In this document: piece after piece, positions 21,401-34,965 of the stretch
How the letters are laid out: each line of letters begins with the position of its first letter
Position numbering within the stretch: the stretch's first letter is position 1
Assembly: GCA_964247055.1 (NCBI GenBank)
Contig: OZ176050.1
Span: forward strand, 12,276,001 to 12,340,000
Length of the DNA: 64,000 nucleotides
DNA from: Paragordius varius
Lineage: Eukaryota; Animalia; Nematomorpha
Direction: 5' to 3'
The notes under the pieces: generated by a model
Database searches by the model: none
Seen by the model: only the letters and a program-made list of their open reading frames with translations
Told to the model about the DNA's origin: nothing
Program-made: the position numbers and the translations under genes

Positions 21401-22066
21401 TATAAGCCCCAAGCTTGAACAAATCGAGAAATTGTCAGATCACGTCCCATGGAGTTGTTGTAACATTTATGCTGTAAGACCATGCATACATTTTGGAATA
21501 AAACAGAATTCTGTCCATTTCAACTATGATTATAAGCATACTCACTTGGATACTCTTGATGGATTCGATAACATTCTTAATGAAAAAAATAATGCTAGAA
21601 AACTTAAGGCTTCTGGTTTAACAATCTATACGAGGGGCTGTGCGCAAATTTTGAAAAAAACTTTTAGCGAATATCTACTCCATTATTTTGCCATATCAAG
21701 TTGGATCTTTAGCTGCGTAGAGGTGGGATATATAATTCCTTAATTTTAAATACAAAATTATTCGACATACTTATTTTGCTGTAAATTACGCTTTTGTATT
21801 GCTAAAATTGTAATTATTCATCTAAATAATTTATTGGGATTTTTATGTAAAATAATTATTGATTAAATGTGTTCTTAATTATTTTTAAGACAATAGCTAT
21901 TATCGGATTCATGTATTTACATTCATCAATTGTTCGCACAATATTACAAGAAGATTTAATGGCACCGAGCTTTGGATGTTTGTTGGGTGGTAAAGAAACA
22001 TCGATTTTTCAAATACGTTTGACCAATAGTAATTTTCTTTTTAAATTCATATTTAGGCCATATTAA
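18486..22066 (+). CDS. PRPH2-like: Peripherin-2/ROM1 (RDS)-like tetraspanin; C-terminus uncertain
   Basis: Exons 18486-18729, 18792-18915, 20287-20408, 20711-20819, 21386-21722, 21890-~22066. LPIAFTESKRRCLAQ resembles the peripherin N-terminus (KFDQKKRVKLAQ); EC2 loop has YKCCGIDGYQDWF, VPWSCCNIYAVRPCIH...NSVHFNYDY and RGC; four hydrophobic segments. Confidence 0.8.
19989..20261. mobile_element. ~270-bp Tc1/mariner-type MITE (CAGTAAA...TACGGACAAAACG TIR)
   Basis: Long imperfect TIRs, TA on both flanks; in tetraspanin intron 2. Confidence 0.85.
20465..20651. repeat. Near-perfect inverted repeat (arms ~75 bp, loop 37 nt) in tetraspanin intron 3
   Basis: 20465-20540 pairs with 20578-20651 (e.g. 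AAAAACAAGAGCTCTATGGT / ACCATAGAGCTCTTGTTTTT). Confidence 0.9.
21013..21246. mobile_element. Degenerate copy of the ~270-bp CAGTAAA MITE
   Basis: CAGTGAAAATTGAAATTATAAGGACAAAACG start and TCCGTATAATTTC near the end; ends approximate. Confidence 0.65.
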
Positions 22067-22189
22067 TAATTTCAATTGGATAAGGTATTAAAAATCTAAC
22101 AACCATTTAATAAATTATATTGATATAATTTTGGCAGCATATATTAAAGAATATTATTCCGAAAGCCACACGGTTGTGTGTTTACGTAT

Positions 22190-23256
22190 AGAAGCTTTTT
22201 TATTTATACGGGGCACAAAATGAGATTTTAAACCAGGAACCTCCGCGGGCATCATTTTTAACTCAAAAAAATTGGCATGAAATATAAATATGGGCACTCA
22301 TAAATAATTTATTAGATTTCACAACATAAGACTGCAAAATGCAAAACGCAATAGAATAATTTTTTTGTAGTTCTTGCCAGTTGGATAGATTTATTTATTA
22401 AAAAATCTATCGAAATATCAATTTTGCTAAGATTTTTGCAAATTCTGAATTTCCAATTTTTTTGCGGACCGCACACAATCTCCGCGTGTTGGACACCCCT
22501 GCCTTAAACAGTGGTACTCAAACCGAGGCCCTAAAAGTGTTTTTTTATAGCCCTATTATATATAAAAAAATTTTCACATATTGATTTTGAGTATAAATAT
22601 CTGCAAATGTGCCACACAACTATGAAATTTTATGGATATTATAGGATGCGCGGCTTTTGTGACTAGATAATATTTTTTGAGGCCCTATTTTTCGGTAAGT
22701 ATAACTGCTCAAACATACTTTAAATAAATTAAAATATGATAATAATATTGTTTTACTTTAATAGGATTTTAAATATGACAAAACATTAGGGTTTAAAAAG
22801 CCGAAAAAACTAACATAAACTTTGTGATGCTTTGATATAGAGCAGGGGTCAACTTATTTTTCCCGCGGACTACGTTTTTGGGAGAAAATTTCAGGCGGGC
22901 ACGTGTGAACATTAATTATTAAAAGATTTATTTAACACTTTCAACACAAATGATGCATATATATATATATATATGCATATATATACAGGTTGCGGTGACT
23001 AGCGTAGGCCATTTTAAAATATATATTACAAACAAGGCTTGGAACCCGAGCCTATATTTAAAACCGATTCAAAACGAGTTTTAAAATTTTAATTGGTCGG
23101 TTCCTGTTCTTAAATTTTTTTTCGGTTTAACCGGTTTACTCAAAATTGGAACATTTAACACGGTTATATAAATTTAAAAACTCTGGTTCTCATCATGGAA
23201 CAACGGCTCAATCAAAAAAACCGGAAGAACCGGTTCTGTTCTGGTTCCAAGTCCTG
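22190..23256. mobile_element. Cluster of adjacent hAT-type MITE fragments
   Basis: Terminal motifs GTGTTGGACACCCCTG (ends 22501), CAGTGGTACTC...AGTATAACTG (22509-22707), CAGGGGTC (~22844), CAAGGCTTGGAACC...GGTTCCAAGTCCTG (23033-23256). Boundaries approximate. Confidence 0.6.
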
Positions 23257-23913
23257 ATATATTACGAAAAATAATTTTTTTCTGAGTGGTTATAAATAAT
23301 GTTGATTCAAAAGACCTTTGGTTACCACAATCAGCACAAATACTAAAACATTTAGATTATTGAATTTACAATGATGGGGAAAGGCATCTTTTTATTGATT
23401 CCATAATATTTCTTTTGTATTCCTAATTTTCAAACAGTGCTTCAGAAGCTTTAATAATAACTTCTTTCCAAATTTCTCCGTCTTATTTAAATAAGAATCT
23501 CATATTTTATTAAAATTTCCGATATTTTGCAAGTTGCCATTTTTTCTTTTTTTGCTGTATATCACAATACAGTGTATATGAGCATTCAGTTGCTCTTTCA
23601 ATAATTTGCTTCCTCATTTGCCAATATCTGAATTTTTGATTGTTCATCTTAAGCGTAGTAAAAAGTATTTGGTTATTTTTTTAGGGAAAGTCAAGATGAA
23701 GTTGCATAACAAACAACATTTATCATTATTCATTATAAAAAATAAACTTCTTCCCTTTCATTATAACGATATAGCCTGGCATTTTTCTGGCTTGAATTTT
23801 TAAGCATAGTATAATATAAATTTATGAGATACCTCCATCTGTTTTTTCGTTATATTTAAACTATTTCCAAGAAAATGTTTTTAATAAAATAATTAAATTT
23901 TTGTTAACAAGTA

Positions 23914-24095
23914 AAGTAGCGTATGCAGTAAAAGATTGTTAGTGCAAAATAATCTTAATGAACACAAAACAGGGGGATATTATGGATATGTTTATAAATA
24001 GGACTGAGTGATAATTAATATATGAAAATTGTCCCCCTGTTTTGTGTTCATTAAGATTATTTTGCACTAACAATCTTTTACTGCATACGCTACTG
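23914..24095. mobile_element. 182-bp MITE with perfect 63-bp inverted repeats (young)
   Basis: 23915-23977 is the exact reverse complement of 24032-24094; TA on both flanks. Confidence 0.9.
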
Positions 24096-24732
24096 TAAAT
24101 TTTTTCGAACACAAAAATAAATTATAATTTTGTGGAGAAAAATATCTATGCAAAAATATTTTTTACATTTTTTTTTAAAAAACTTTTAGACGGTTACTTT
24201 TTGAAATCTCGCGGTCACGAAGTCGACCATTTGAACACCCTGATATTGAGCAATAACCACGAAGGTGAAAATATTGTGCTTATATACTCGCTATCTAAAA
24301 TAAAAAGACCATTTGAACTGTGACACACTTTTGTGATATATAATTTTACGAGTTTTTCTTTTTAATGGGATTTAAATCTGTATGTAAATGACAAATTTTG
24401 TGATAAATAGTTTTATCCAAACTAAACACAAAACTAAAGCAGGCTTAAGGTATGCAAAGTTTTGTTTTGATAACTCTCCTAAAAACGAGTTGATTTTAGT
24501 TTTTACAGTGAAGGAAATTCGCTTTTAATAACAAAAAAAACAAATGTAAAATCAATGTTTTTAACCGTGGTTTTTTCTATTATTTGTATAGTGAAGAAAA
24601 TGCAAAAGTATTACGAAGAAAATCGAAACAAAATTCCTTCCACCGAATGGGAATACAACTATAAGCGTTGGTGTGAATTGTTAAAGATCGAACAGGAATA
24701 CAATGAATCTTTATCGCAAACTACTAAAATTA

Positions 24733-25007
24733 CAGTAAAAATTAATATCATGCAGTTAAAACATAATAATATGCGGACAAGTATTTTTTCGAAAGACAAC
24801 TACACTTTTTTATACCTTAATTTAATAAAATATTTAATTAACATTGTGAGATATATAATTAATTGTGTTACCTATATATATGCTGTTTCATACTTTGCAA
24901 TATTAAACAAGGTATGTCTATATAAAAAATCAAGTTAAAAATCTAAAGCGGTCTTTTGAATAAAATATTTGTCTTTGTAACGTGTTGTCCGTATTATAGC
25001 ATTACTT
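24733..25007. mobile_element. Old copy of the ~270-bp CAGTAAA MITE
   Basis: TA-CAGTAAAAATT start, TGCGGACAA and TTGTCCGTAT internal TIR motifs; right end approximate. Confidence 0.5.
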
Positions 25008-25026
25008 TAAGAGTGTCCTTTAATAC

Positions 25027-25651
25027 TTCATGGTCCTTGAACATAAGTTGCTTGAACACTTCAAGTGGGTCCTTGAACACTTCAAGTTGGTCCTTGAACA
25101 TTTCAAGTTGGTCTTTGAACATTTCAAGTTGGTCCTTTGACTTTTTTGTTTTTACCTTTTATCAATCAAATCGTAAATCATTCATTTATTTTATCGTTTT
25201 GACCTATCTTCGATAATTTATCAAATATTTTAAATCAATATCAACTTTTAATCATTAAGAAACCCTATATCTTTATTAATTTTAAAATTATTTTGGATAT
25301 TTATAGGATTATAACACTTAATTAAAAAATATATAAGTTGTCTGGGTTATTATTTACAATTTTTCATGGAAAACATTTAAAAGTTAATAATTTTTTTAAA
25401 TTGGAAAAAATACAACAAAAAAGTGGTTTTTATATAGAAATTTTTATAATGAAAAAATATGTAGTAATTAGGAAATTACGTTAAAAAATAATAAAATAAA
25501 AAAATACATGCAAAAATCATGGTTAAATCAAACTTTAAAAAATTTAAGGACCAACATGAAATGTTTAAGGACCAACTTGAAGTGTTCAAGGACCAACTTG
25601 AGGTGTTCAAGGACCAACTTGAAATGTTCAAGGATCAAATTGAAGTGTTAA
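25027..25651. repeat. Two 21-bp tandem arrays in inverted orientation (unit AAGGACCAACTTGAAGTGTTC)
   Basis: About 5 units at 25027-25137 on the minus strand and 5 units at 25546-25651 on the plus strand; each reads as KDQLE(V/M)F heptads. Confidence 0.9.
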
Positions 25652-26303
25652 AGAGATTCTTGACAAATGGTATATCAATTTTTACTGTATATCACCAACA
25701 AATTAGACTGCTGAAGAAGACGAGCCATTATTAAATATTGAATGAACTATAACAAAATTTTGAAGACTTATTTTCTTATTAATTGGAACTATAAATAAAT
25801 ATACAATATATTATTTAAAGGAAATTTATTAAAAAGATTTGGACCACTTTTTGTATTTTCTCTATTCCGCATTCAATCGAAATGTAAAGAGTTTTTTTGG
25901 ATTGAACAGTTATATAAACAAACAGATCGAAAATCGTTTAATAGGAGTAGGGATGTGCGAATTGATACACCTATTAATAACAACAATATTTTGTTAAATT
26001 GATTGGTAATCAGAATTATCATTTGAAGCAGTAAATGCGAGATTCTGTATTGTTTTCGAACCTTTTTTTTTCAAAAATTTACGAATTATATCCGTAAAAG
26101 ATAGAAATTTATACATACATTTATTTTATACCGTAACTCAACTCATCACCAGGCATAGAAAATGTATATATACCACAATTAACATAATTTAATGTCATAT
26201 ACAAGTAGTTTATTATTTAAAACAACTAATAATGTAATTCCTTTGATTTTTAAAAAAAAGTTATAAAAATTAAACATTATGTGTATGTATATATTAAGGA
26301 GGC

Positions 26304-29300
26304 TCACGACACTGCCGTCCTAATATTAGCAGCTAAAACATTCTCAGTTAATCCGTTATTATTAGTCCCTGGTAAAATTAATTTTTCTTTCTGTATATTT
26401 GGATTTATCCATTTATTTCTTGTTGAGGAAGGTGGTATGGGATGATAGCCTGTTTTTCTAATACTATTAGAAAGATTGTAGGACTGCGGTGCAAAATATT
26501 TCGTTTTATTATTCACAAGGCTATAATTTGAGACTTGGTGCATGTTAGTTGATGATGAGGTAATAATATTATTAGAAGTAACGTTTGACTGAGATGATAA
26601 AAAAGTTTTATTTGCCAATAATGGTTGAGGATTATTGACAACGATTCTATTGGGTCCAGTGTGACGGAAAGAACAGCCAACACGTACACAACCCTGACCA
26701 AATTTACATTCCTATGAAAGATGTTATATATTAAAAATTGAATTTTTACCATAATTTGGGCATTTATAAAAACTCATTTATTCAAAAACTCTTTCTTATG
26801 CATTAATGGCATCTTGACTGATTGATAAAAAAATTGGTAAAAATGTTGAAAGCAATGATTTTATGTAATCTAAGTAGGTTAATGAAATTTAATTTTGATA
26901 AGATAACAAATTAAATACCGGAGGATGCATATAAGGACACGTAAGATTGTGACAAACTCCGCCAAATCGACAAGGGACTGTGGATAATGGACCTAAAACA
27001 CATAACAATTTTTAAAATCAAAAACATAAATCTTTCCTATTTATCCTTCAAAAAAAATGTAATTTTTTATTAAAATCATTTCAAACAACCTTTAACCATG
27101 CCAGAATTGGGAGCGGTATTTTTAACCGAATTATCTAGCATAGGCTTGTTGTTATTATGTAAGGGTTGGTTGATACTATCCAATTTAGTATTGGCAAGTT
27201 CTCTCCGTATACTGGCATGAGTAAATGGGCAATCTTTTTTAGTACAATGTGCATCAAATCGACAATTGGGATGGATGAAAAGACATTTGTCACCAAAAGC
27301 ACAATTCGGGAAATTTCTGACCAAAATTTAACATTGTTAGTATTTTATAAAGTACAATTAAATGAAAAAATATAACTGATGAGAGAAATTATATTGATTA
27401 CCAAACACAATCTATAAAACAATAAGTGTAATAAAATAACCGCCTTATATATATATATATATTTACTACTAAATATATGAATGCCAAGATAAATTCAATA
27501 TTTGCATTAGTAAAAATATCATTATTTTTATTAAGATGTAACAATATAATGATTTAATTAAACACAAACTATTCCAACTCTCATAAATTAGATAAATGTA
27601 CTTTAGTGAAAAGACACAAAATAAAAAAGTTTTCTAAATTTTAGGACTTACTTGCATGGTTGAGTAGGGTGATGAAAGATACAGGCATCCCCATTTTTGC
27701 AGATTGGCCAAAATTTGCACCGTTCTTTAACATTGTCGTTTTCAGAAAGTTCCATGCTTTCACCATCTCTATAATTATTGTTATTATTGACGGTTTCAAT
27801 GTTAATTTTATCATTGTCATTATTTATGATAATTTTCCGATTTGTCGTGTTTATGGCGGAAACTCCAAAGCGTTGATATTCATTAGATATAACTTTGTCG
27901 TCTATAAAAAAAATTAATATATCTCGAAAAATTTCATGGGTTTCAACTAAAATTTCAATTAAATTTATGTTTTCACACTATATTTTTTGATAAGAATTGG
28001 TTTAAATAAAACATATGTGAAACCTTGTAAATGTCTATTTCCGAGTCTATGGGAAAGGTTTGAGAGACTAAGATTTTGATTGCCATAATCACCTTTTATT
28101 TTACCATTATTATTGTTATTGAGCGTTACAGTAAATTCAATCGGCTTACCATCGTAATGTATGGTTGGGTCAGTTAGGTCTTCCATGTAAGCTTCAGGAA
28201 TTTTGTAAACGCATTTTTTGGACAACATTTTTTCCGTCTCATAATCAAAAACAACTTTTTCTTGCGGTGATTTGGAATGTAGTATTGTGTTCTTTTGTTC
28301 ATTAGTATTTGATGTTAAATGATTCTTTACGAAAAAAATCCAAATTTATTAAATTGGATAAAATGGTTTAATATGAGGGCAAAAAAGATGAGTTGAAGAA
28401 TAAAGTTATAAATATATTGTGAAAAATATTGAAAATAAAGATATTTCATAAAGATTACCTCAAAATTCGTCGGCATATGTTGTTGACTCAAAATATTCGA
28501 CGTATTCTTATCCTGGATTTCTTGCCTATTATTTATAAAAGATTTGCCAATGAATTATGTAATAATGTTTAGTAAATAATAAAGTTAAAATCAAATCTCA
28601 AAACCCAAAAGAACAAATTCCATAAATTGTTATAAAAAGGTTTATTCGGTTTAAAATTTGTTTATTTGTAATTTTAGCGAATGTAAATCCCTTTTCAATA
28701 AACTAACTAAAATATAATTAAAGTAATTTTTAAATTGAACCCGCATATATTAAAGATCTGTTTATTATGTATTGCAATATTTAAAATAATGTAATAATAT
28801 TTTCGTGATATTTATAGACAATCTTAGAGAGAATATATAAATATACTCGTTGTTAGGGGTTGAAAATTTTTTGCGTCTATTCCTAATTTCTTCCAATGTT
28901 AATGGAACAGTTGGACGTAATAATGAGGAATCGCTACCTAAAATTAATGGTCAAAAAAATTGGTATTAAATATAAAATAATACAGTAAAAATGAAATTTT
29001 ACGGACAAAACGTAAAAATATAAAGTCAAATATTTTTTTCCTAAAAAACAACCATGTTTTTTGAATCTTGATTTTTTCAAATATAACTCATTGTTTTAAA
29101 TAAATTGGTAACACAATCAATTATGTATTTTACAATTGTAATCGAACGATTATTATAGGATGAATTAAGGTTTATATATATATATATATATGTATATAAT
29201 TGTCTTTATATTTTCACATTTTTTCCGTGTAATTTCAATTTTTACTGTAATATAATGACCATTATGAAACAAATGTGAAATTATAATTACAAACCAATTT

Positions 29301-32300
29301 TTCTCATATAAAAACCTTTTTAACCGTATATAGAAATATAAGCCTGATAATCATTTATGTGCCAAGTTGAGGTTAACATTTTTAACGAGCAAAAAATTAG
29401 TATTTCTTTGTACAAAATAACAATATATTTTAAACACAAGCTAAATTTATGTATAGACAACCCTATGAAATAATAGATTGCATAAATTTGAGGAAAACAG
29501 ATCTCTTTATTTACACTTATTTAAAAATAATATTAAACATAAAATTAAATTAAAATATCACGATTGATATGACAAAAATAAAAATAATCTGTAAATGATA
29601 AATAAACCTTCATAATTTAATGGTTTTTGTGAGTGTTGCAGTTGCTTAGATGGTGATAATTGATGATAAGAAACTGTTTTGTGGGCATGATCCCCCTTTA
29701 ATTGTGCCCTAAGGTCCAAATCTTTCATAGCTTTTCGAAACAATTGTGATGTGGGCCTAGCGCTTTTTCTACGCATATGAAAAAAATATATATGCTAACT
29801 TTGTAAATTATGACAACATTTAATAATGGTGGTTTTGGCACAAAGTTTTATCAAATCGAAAATGAAAATAGCTTATGCATAATTGTATTGCAATTATATT
29901 TATAATCACTAATAGTAACAAGCTTAATGTAATTGTATAGCCATTTTAATAAACCACTGAAAAAATTCAAACATATGTCTATTTTATGAAACCCTAAAGT
30001 TCATGGAACATTAATATGTAAGATAGGAGTCGGAACTGTTATGCATGCCAAAATTTGAAACCTCAAAACAACAATTTTTTATCCTCACTGTCAGCCTGGG
30101 CAAACGCGAGTTTTAAATGAACCCATTTATACTATTAAATAACTACTTGAAATAAATAAGGCAAAGAGACTTCAAATTATATATTTATTTATGAATATGC
30201 TTTGCACTAAAGCTTATATGTTAAATTTGAGTTATTGTATCTAACGAAACAACATCAGTAAATTAGAAAATATGAAACCAAAATAAGAACCATATAATTA
30301 AAAAACAATGGAACAAGAGCTAAAAAAATTTAGCGACAAAAATATTTCAAATCCGGTACCAATTCGATATGTAAACCATAAGAAAAACAAAAATGATTAG
30401 TATTTAGGCATAAGGGATGAGACAATGAGTATTATATTTAAATTTTAAAGTAAATACTTCAACTTTTACCATATTAATCAAATATCTCTTTCCTAAAATT
30501 TATATGCTTTTATAACTTAGATAATAGAAAAATTAGGTAATCTGAATTAAACCATATAGAACAGATTAAACTGCATAATTTTTTATTATATGTTAACCAA
30601 CACATAAACCATTTTTTTAATATGTTTTACTGAAGTCAAAATTAAAAATAAAAGATGCGGATTAGAGAAACAATTGGGAACCAAAAAATATAAACCTATC
30701 TTAGTTTATCTACACCTTCGATACCAAAAACCCGCTGTGATGATAATAAAATACACTTACTTGTCATTTTTGATCATAGGGTCGGCAACTTTGATAGAAG
30801 ATTCAATTCTTTTAACTCCTCCGTCAATTTTGGCTGTTTCGCTAGGAACGTTTAAAGGTTTTTCTTGCAAGATTTTTGGGATTTCCTTTAATAGCTGTTG
30901 ATTTCGTGGTTGATCAATTGGTTTAGTTTGTACTAATGATTCATTTAAATCTTCGGGCTGTATACAAATTATTTTACATATATATAAAATCACAGACACC
31001 ATATGATATAAAATGTGAAAGTATATTGGTGGAAAAATACGGAATTGATTAAAAAAACTTACATAATTTCCATTTGTATTAGCAATATTCTGAAAAAAAT
31101 CGGTTTTATGCCTTAAACACAATCATATTGTACAAAAAAATAAAAAAAAGCCTATTTTCAAAAAATATGAAAAATGATGGGTCAATTTACAAAAACGAGT
31201 CCGTTGTTCAACTATAATCCTGTCATAAAGAGTTTTTAAAATAAAAAATTAGCTCATGCTGATCATCATACACACTTTAATTTTATCATCTATTCAAAAA
31301 AATTGTATCATAATTTTCAATATTGAAAATTGGAAAAAACTGAATATCAATTGAATTTGATTAAAATAAATCTTTATTTGATTCATTTTATTTTTTGGTC
31401 TAGTGCACATCAAAAGCCAGTATTACCGCGAATTAAGGTAATTATGGGGGGACGGAGACCACTTGAACAATTTTCAACAAAAAATCTCGAAAAAAGTGCA
31501 AAATTAACACTATAAAAATATGGTATACCTCATGATTTACATCTATGGCATCAATATGTAAATCTGTTTCTTCCTGTTTTGTTTTAGGCTCTTCCAAAAC
31601 AGTTTCATGACGTTTTTCGTCTTGCTTAACAGTCACAACAACATTGTCAACTTTATGTTCTAATTGATTAGTAGAGGTGGTATGTCCTTCTTTCACCATT
31701 ATATAATCTTTCGTATTTTCTGCAATAATAGCTTCATCTAATTCATCATAATTCACTTGATTGGGGGTAGGGGGAGATCTAGTCTTTGAATGACTCGTTG
31801 AAGAATATCTACGTTTTCGTTTTTTAGTATCATCCAGTGAAGGTGATCTTTTTTCATCAACGTTTTTATTGGAATGCAATGTTTTACGATTATATTCTCT
31901 TTTGGGTGATTTCTGTTGGTAATGTTTTTTGGCCGTTCGAGAAGACGAGGTAGTAGTGTCTTTGTAGTGATAACTATTATATTAAATCAATAAATATTTG
32001 AGCTGAAATATCAAACATTTAAAAATAGCTAAAACTTACAATAAACACACACAATGGATTCGATATAAACAAAGTATGACAAGAATGAAAATATTGACAA
32101 TTTGTGGTAAAATTAAATTATACATATAGAATTGACAACTTATAAGACAAATATTTTTTGAAAGACCGCTGTAACTTTTTTCATATTTTAGAAACTAATT
32201 GGTAACACATTTAGTTATATTTAACAATTTAATTAAATAAGGTTTAAAATAATGGTTGTCTTTTGATAAAATGTATTTATCTTTATGTTTTTACATTTTC

Positions 32301-34965
32301 TTTATATAATTTCCATTTTAAATGTATTTCATAAAATTCAATAATTTGGTAAAAATTTTAAAATGCAATTTTAATTGACTAAAAGTTGTCCCTACACATT
32401 TTTGCACAAAAATTAGCCTTGCACTAACTATATCACATGCTGTGCAAATTTGTAAAAACCACTAATGCTGAGATCCGTTAAAAGTCAATGTAATTATTAA
32501 TTTGAATATCATGATGAGTTGTAAGAATATAAAACAATGTTTGTTCGACCCTTAAGATCAAAAAAGTTAAAAAAAACAAAAATGAGTATAAAAAGGAAAC
32601 GTACAGTTACCTATATATATATACTCAAAATATGCATCATACACATATAAAAATCGCAACAAAAATATGAAATATTACAAATTAAACATCTATAAATATA
32701 TCTAGAAGTGATTTAACAAAAGAATATAATTTGATAAACAGTAAAAATTATACAAACAAAATGAAACTTTAAGACAATTATTTTTAACAAAAGTACTATT
32801 TAACCTTGATCTTATTTAAGTAAAACTCATAATTTTGGGTGAAAAATGAATAATACAATAAGTTAACACACTCAGTTTAATTATAAATTGCAATTAAATA
32901 GTGTATGGAAAAAATTAAGGTTTGAAAAAGTATGGTTGCAGTTTTTTCAAATTTTACTTTTTACATTTCGCATGTTTAATTTGAATTTATAAACTGAAAT
33001 TTACCTTCTGTCTTCGTCCTTTTTAACACGTTTATTACTATTGTATTGATGGTGCTGATGACTAGTATCATCATTTAAAGGACTGTCCCTTTCAGATCTT
33101 TTGCGTCTACTAAGACTATGATAATCGGAATTATGCGCCTCCTTAGATGAAACGCCATGATGATGCCTTGGTGGAGTTGGGGATAATTGACGTTTTTCAC
33201 GATGAGAAGAATCCTTGTATCAAAATAATTTTTATGAAAAAAAGCTGATATTTTAAAAAAGGATAGTTCAATAAATATAATAAATAAAAACAAATTATTT
33301 TGGAAATCACATTCTCAGATCAAAAACATAAAAATGCGAATTACACTAGACAACAAATTTTAACTTTTTTTAACTGCCATTCTTGTAAATTTAAAATTTA
33401 TTTCATTAAAGTACATAATTTGTATATCTGAAAAGAAAAATGGTCTGGCATGAAAGAATTTTTTTATATTAGAGTTTATCGATAATTTTTGGCCCCGATT
33501 TAACATTAAACTCGAAATTTCAAAAATTAAAAGTTTTAAATATGAAGCCATGTATTATATATCATTCGAAAGAGCTCAAAAAATTGCATCTTTTAAATGG
33601 TAGTAAGTCATTTAAATCAATCGGATGTAAAAGTTTTTGGATTTAAATGGTGGAAATTTTCAATCCTTAAATAAGTCAAGAATTTTCACAGACAAACTTT
33701 TGAAAATCATATAAATTATTTCAATATAATTATTAGGGTTATATTAATATTTAATTTAAAAAAAATGTTTGAAAAAGCTTTTGGTTCGCTTTTTTAATAA
33801 AAATTATTATTATCATAAATATTTTGCCTAGTGGATACTAACATGCATAGTTATAACTGTAAATTTATTACATAATGGCTATAAAAGATCAAAAATACCT
33901 TAAACTTTGTTATTATCTTTAAAATTTCGAAACTATCAGCCTCGTAAAGAAAAGAAATTAATATTGATGAGATGGTAATTTTTAAAAAACAAAAAACTTA
34001 AAAATGGCTGTTTTGAGTGACATAAAAGCAATAAAAACATATTTTAATCAAAAAAAACTTTCTTGTGTTATTTTTTTTGGACATTCATCACCATCTAAAC
34101 AAAGTTTCAGCTATTTTCATCCATTAGTTTCAAAAATATAATAATTAAAAAAGGTGCTTTCGCTTCGCGCGTTTGTCGCTCTTTGTGTCCAATATTAACT
34201 GTCGATGTAATACATATTAGTATGCATTTTAAAGAGTTTTTATTACTCTTTCGAATGATATATTACAAATGGGCATTACTTGTATATTTTCAAAGAAAAA
34301 CATTTTTTAGTAAAATTTTGATAAAGAGGGCGCATAATCAAAAAATCAAACTATACAAAATTCTTCCATCGGGTTATAATTTTTATTTCGAATTTACTGT
34401 TAGAATGATACTAAATATCAGAAAATGCAAAAAACTCGAGTGGCAGAAAAATTTGTTGTCCAGTGTTATTATTTAATTAATTTAATAAATTGGGATTACA
34501 CTTAGATGTTTTCTTAAAAAAAGATGATTTGAAAAAATGTGCAAATAAATTAAAGTATTTATACTTTATCAGGTTGGTATTTATCATGTTCTTCACGCTT
34601 TTTCTCATCAATTTTTTTCGCAAGTGATTCTTTCAAAACATCTAAATTTTAAAAATTATTTATACCATGCGTTCCATTAACAATTTTCTCACAAGTTTTA
34701 AATAACCTAAAAATTAAAAATGGAATATACCATTTAACAAATGCTTCCGCCGAGTCCCCCAAAAACAAATTAAGATCTTCTATCATTTGTTTAGCATTTT
34801 TCTTATTTATCAACAAAACCGTTATATAATCAATAAGCTCCTCGTCTAAAATAAAATATTTAAATACCAACATATACGTCCATTTCTGTTAACTTTCCTT
34901 TGATTAGTTTCTAAAATATAAATTAAAAAATAAACTCTTATAAGGGGCAAGAAATTTTTGTCCAT
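26304..34965 (-). CDS. ZC3H14: ZC3H14/Nab2 poly(A)-binding CCCH zinc-finger protein with N-terminal PWI-like domain
   Basis: 5' exons 34936-34965, 34868-34910, 34731-34845, 34666-34706, 34565-34641 give MDKNFLPLIRKLIKGKLTEMDVYVDEELIDYITVLLINKKNAKQMIEDLNLFLGDSAEAFVKWLFK, matching the ZC3H14 N-terminus; low-complexity exons at 33005-33213, 31529-31973, 30761-30957, 29608-29768 and ~28020-28940; CCCH fingers ERCKFWPICKNGDACIFHHP, FPNCAFGDKCLFIHPNCRFDAHCTKKDCPFTH, PCRFGGVCHNLTCPYMHP, CKFGQGCVRVGCSFRH; stop at 26304. Confidence 0.92.
28983..29247. mobile_element. ~265-bp CAGTAAA MITE in a ZC3H14 intron
   Basis: TA-CAGTAAAAATGAAATTTTACGGACAAAACG ... TTTTTACTG-TA. Confidence 0.85.
33344..34465. mobile_element. 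1.12-kb non-autonomous CAC...GTG DNA transposon, copy A (ZC3H14 intron 5)
   Basis: TIR CACTAGACAACAAATTT / AAATTTGTTGTCCAGTG; TTA on both flanks; colinear with copy B. Confidence 0.9.
34642..34935 (-). other. ZC3H14 introns 1-4: micro-introns of 25 (34911-34935), 22 (34846-34867), 24 (34707-34730) and 24 nt (34642-34665)
   Basis: All GT-AG; removal restores the conserved IKGKL...YVDEEL...W L N-terminus. Intron 3 could also be read through in frame. Confidence 0.85.

Noticed and set aside
23300-23800. Possible decayed mariner transposase on the minus strand
   Set aside because: Only vague similarity; no DD34D or WPxxSPDL motif could be read.
24555-24938. 127-aa ORF as a gene
   Set aside because: Its 3' half runs into a MITE (24733 onward); no recognisable domain in the rest.
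25027-25651. 21-bp repeats as a CRISPR array
   Set aside because: Units are contiguous with no unique spacers, there are no cas genes, and the context is eukaryotic.
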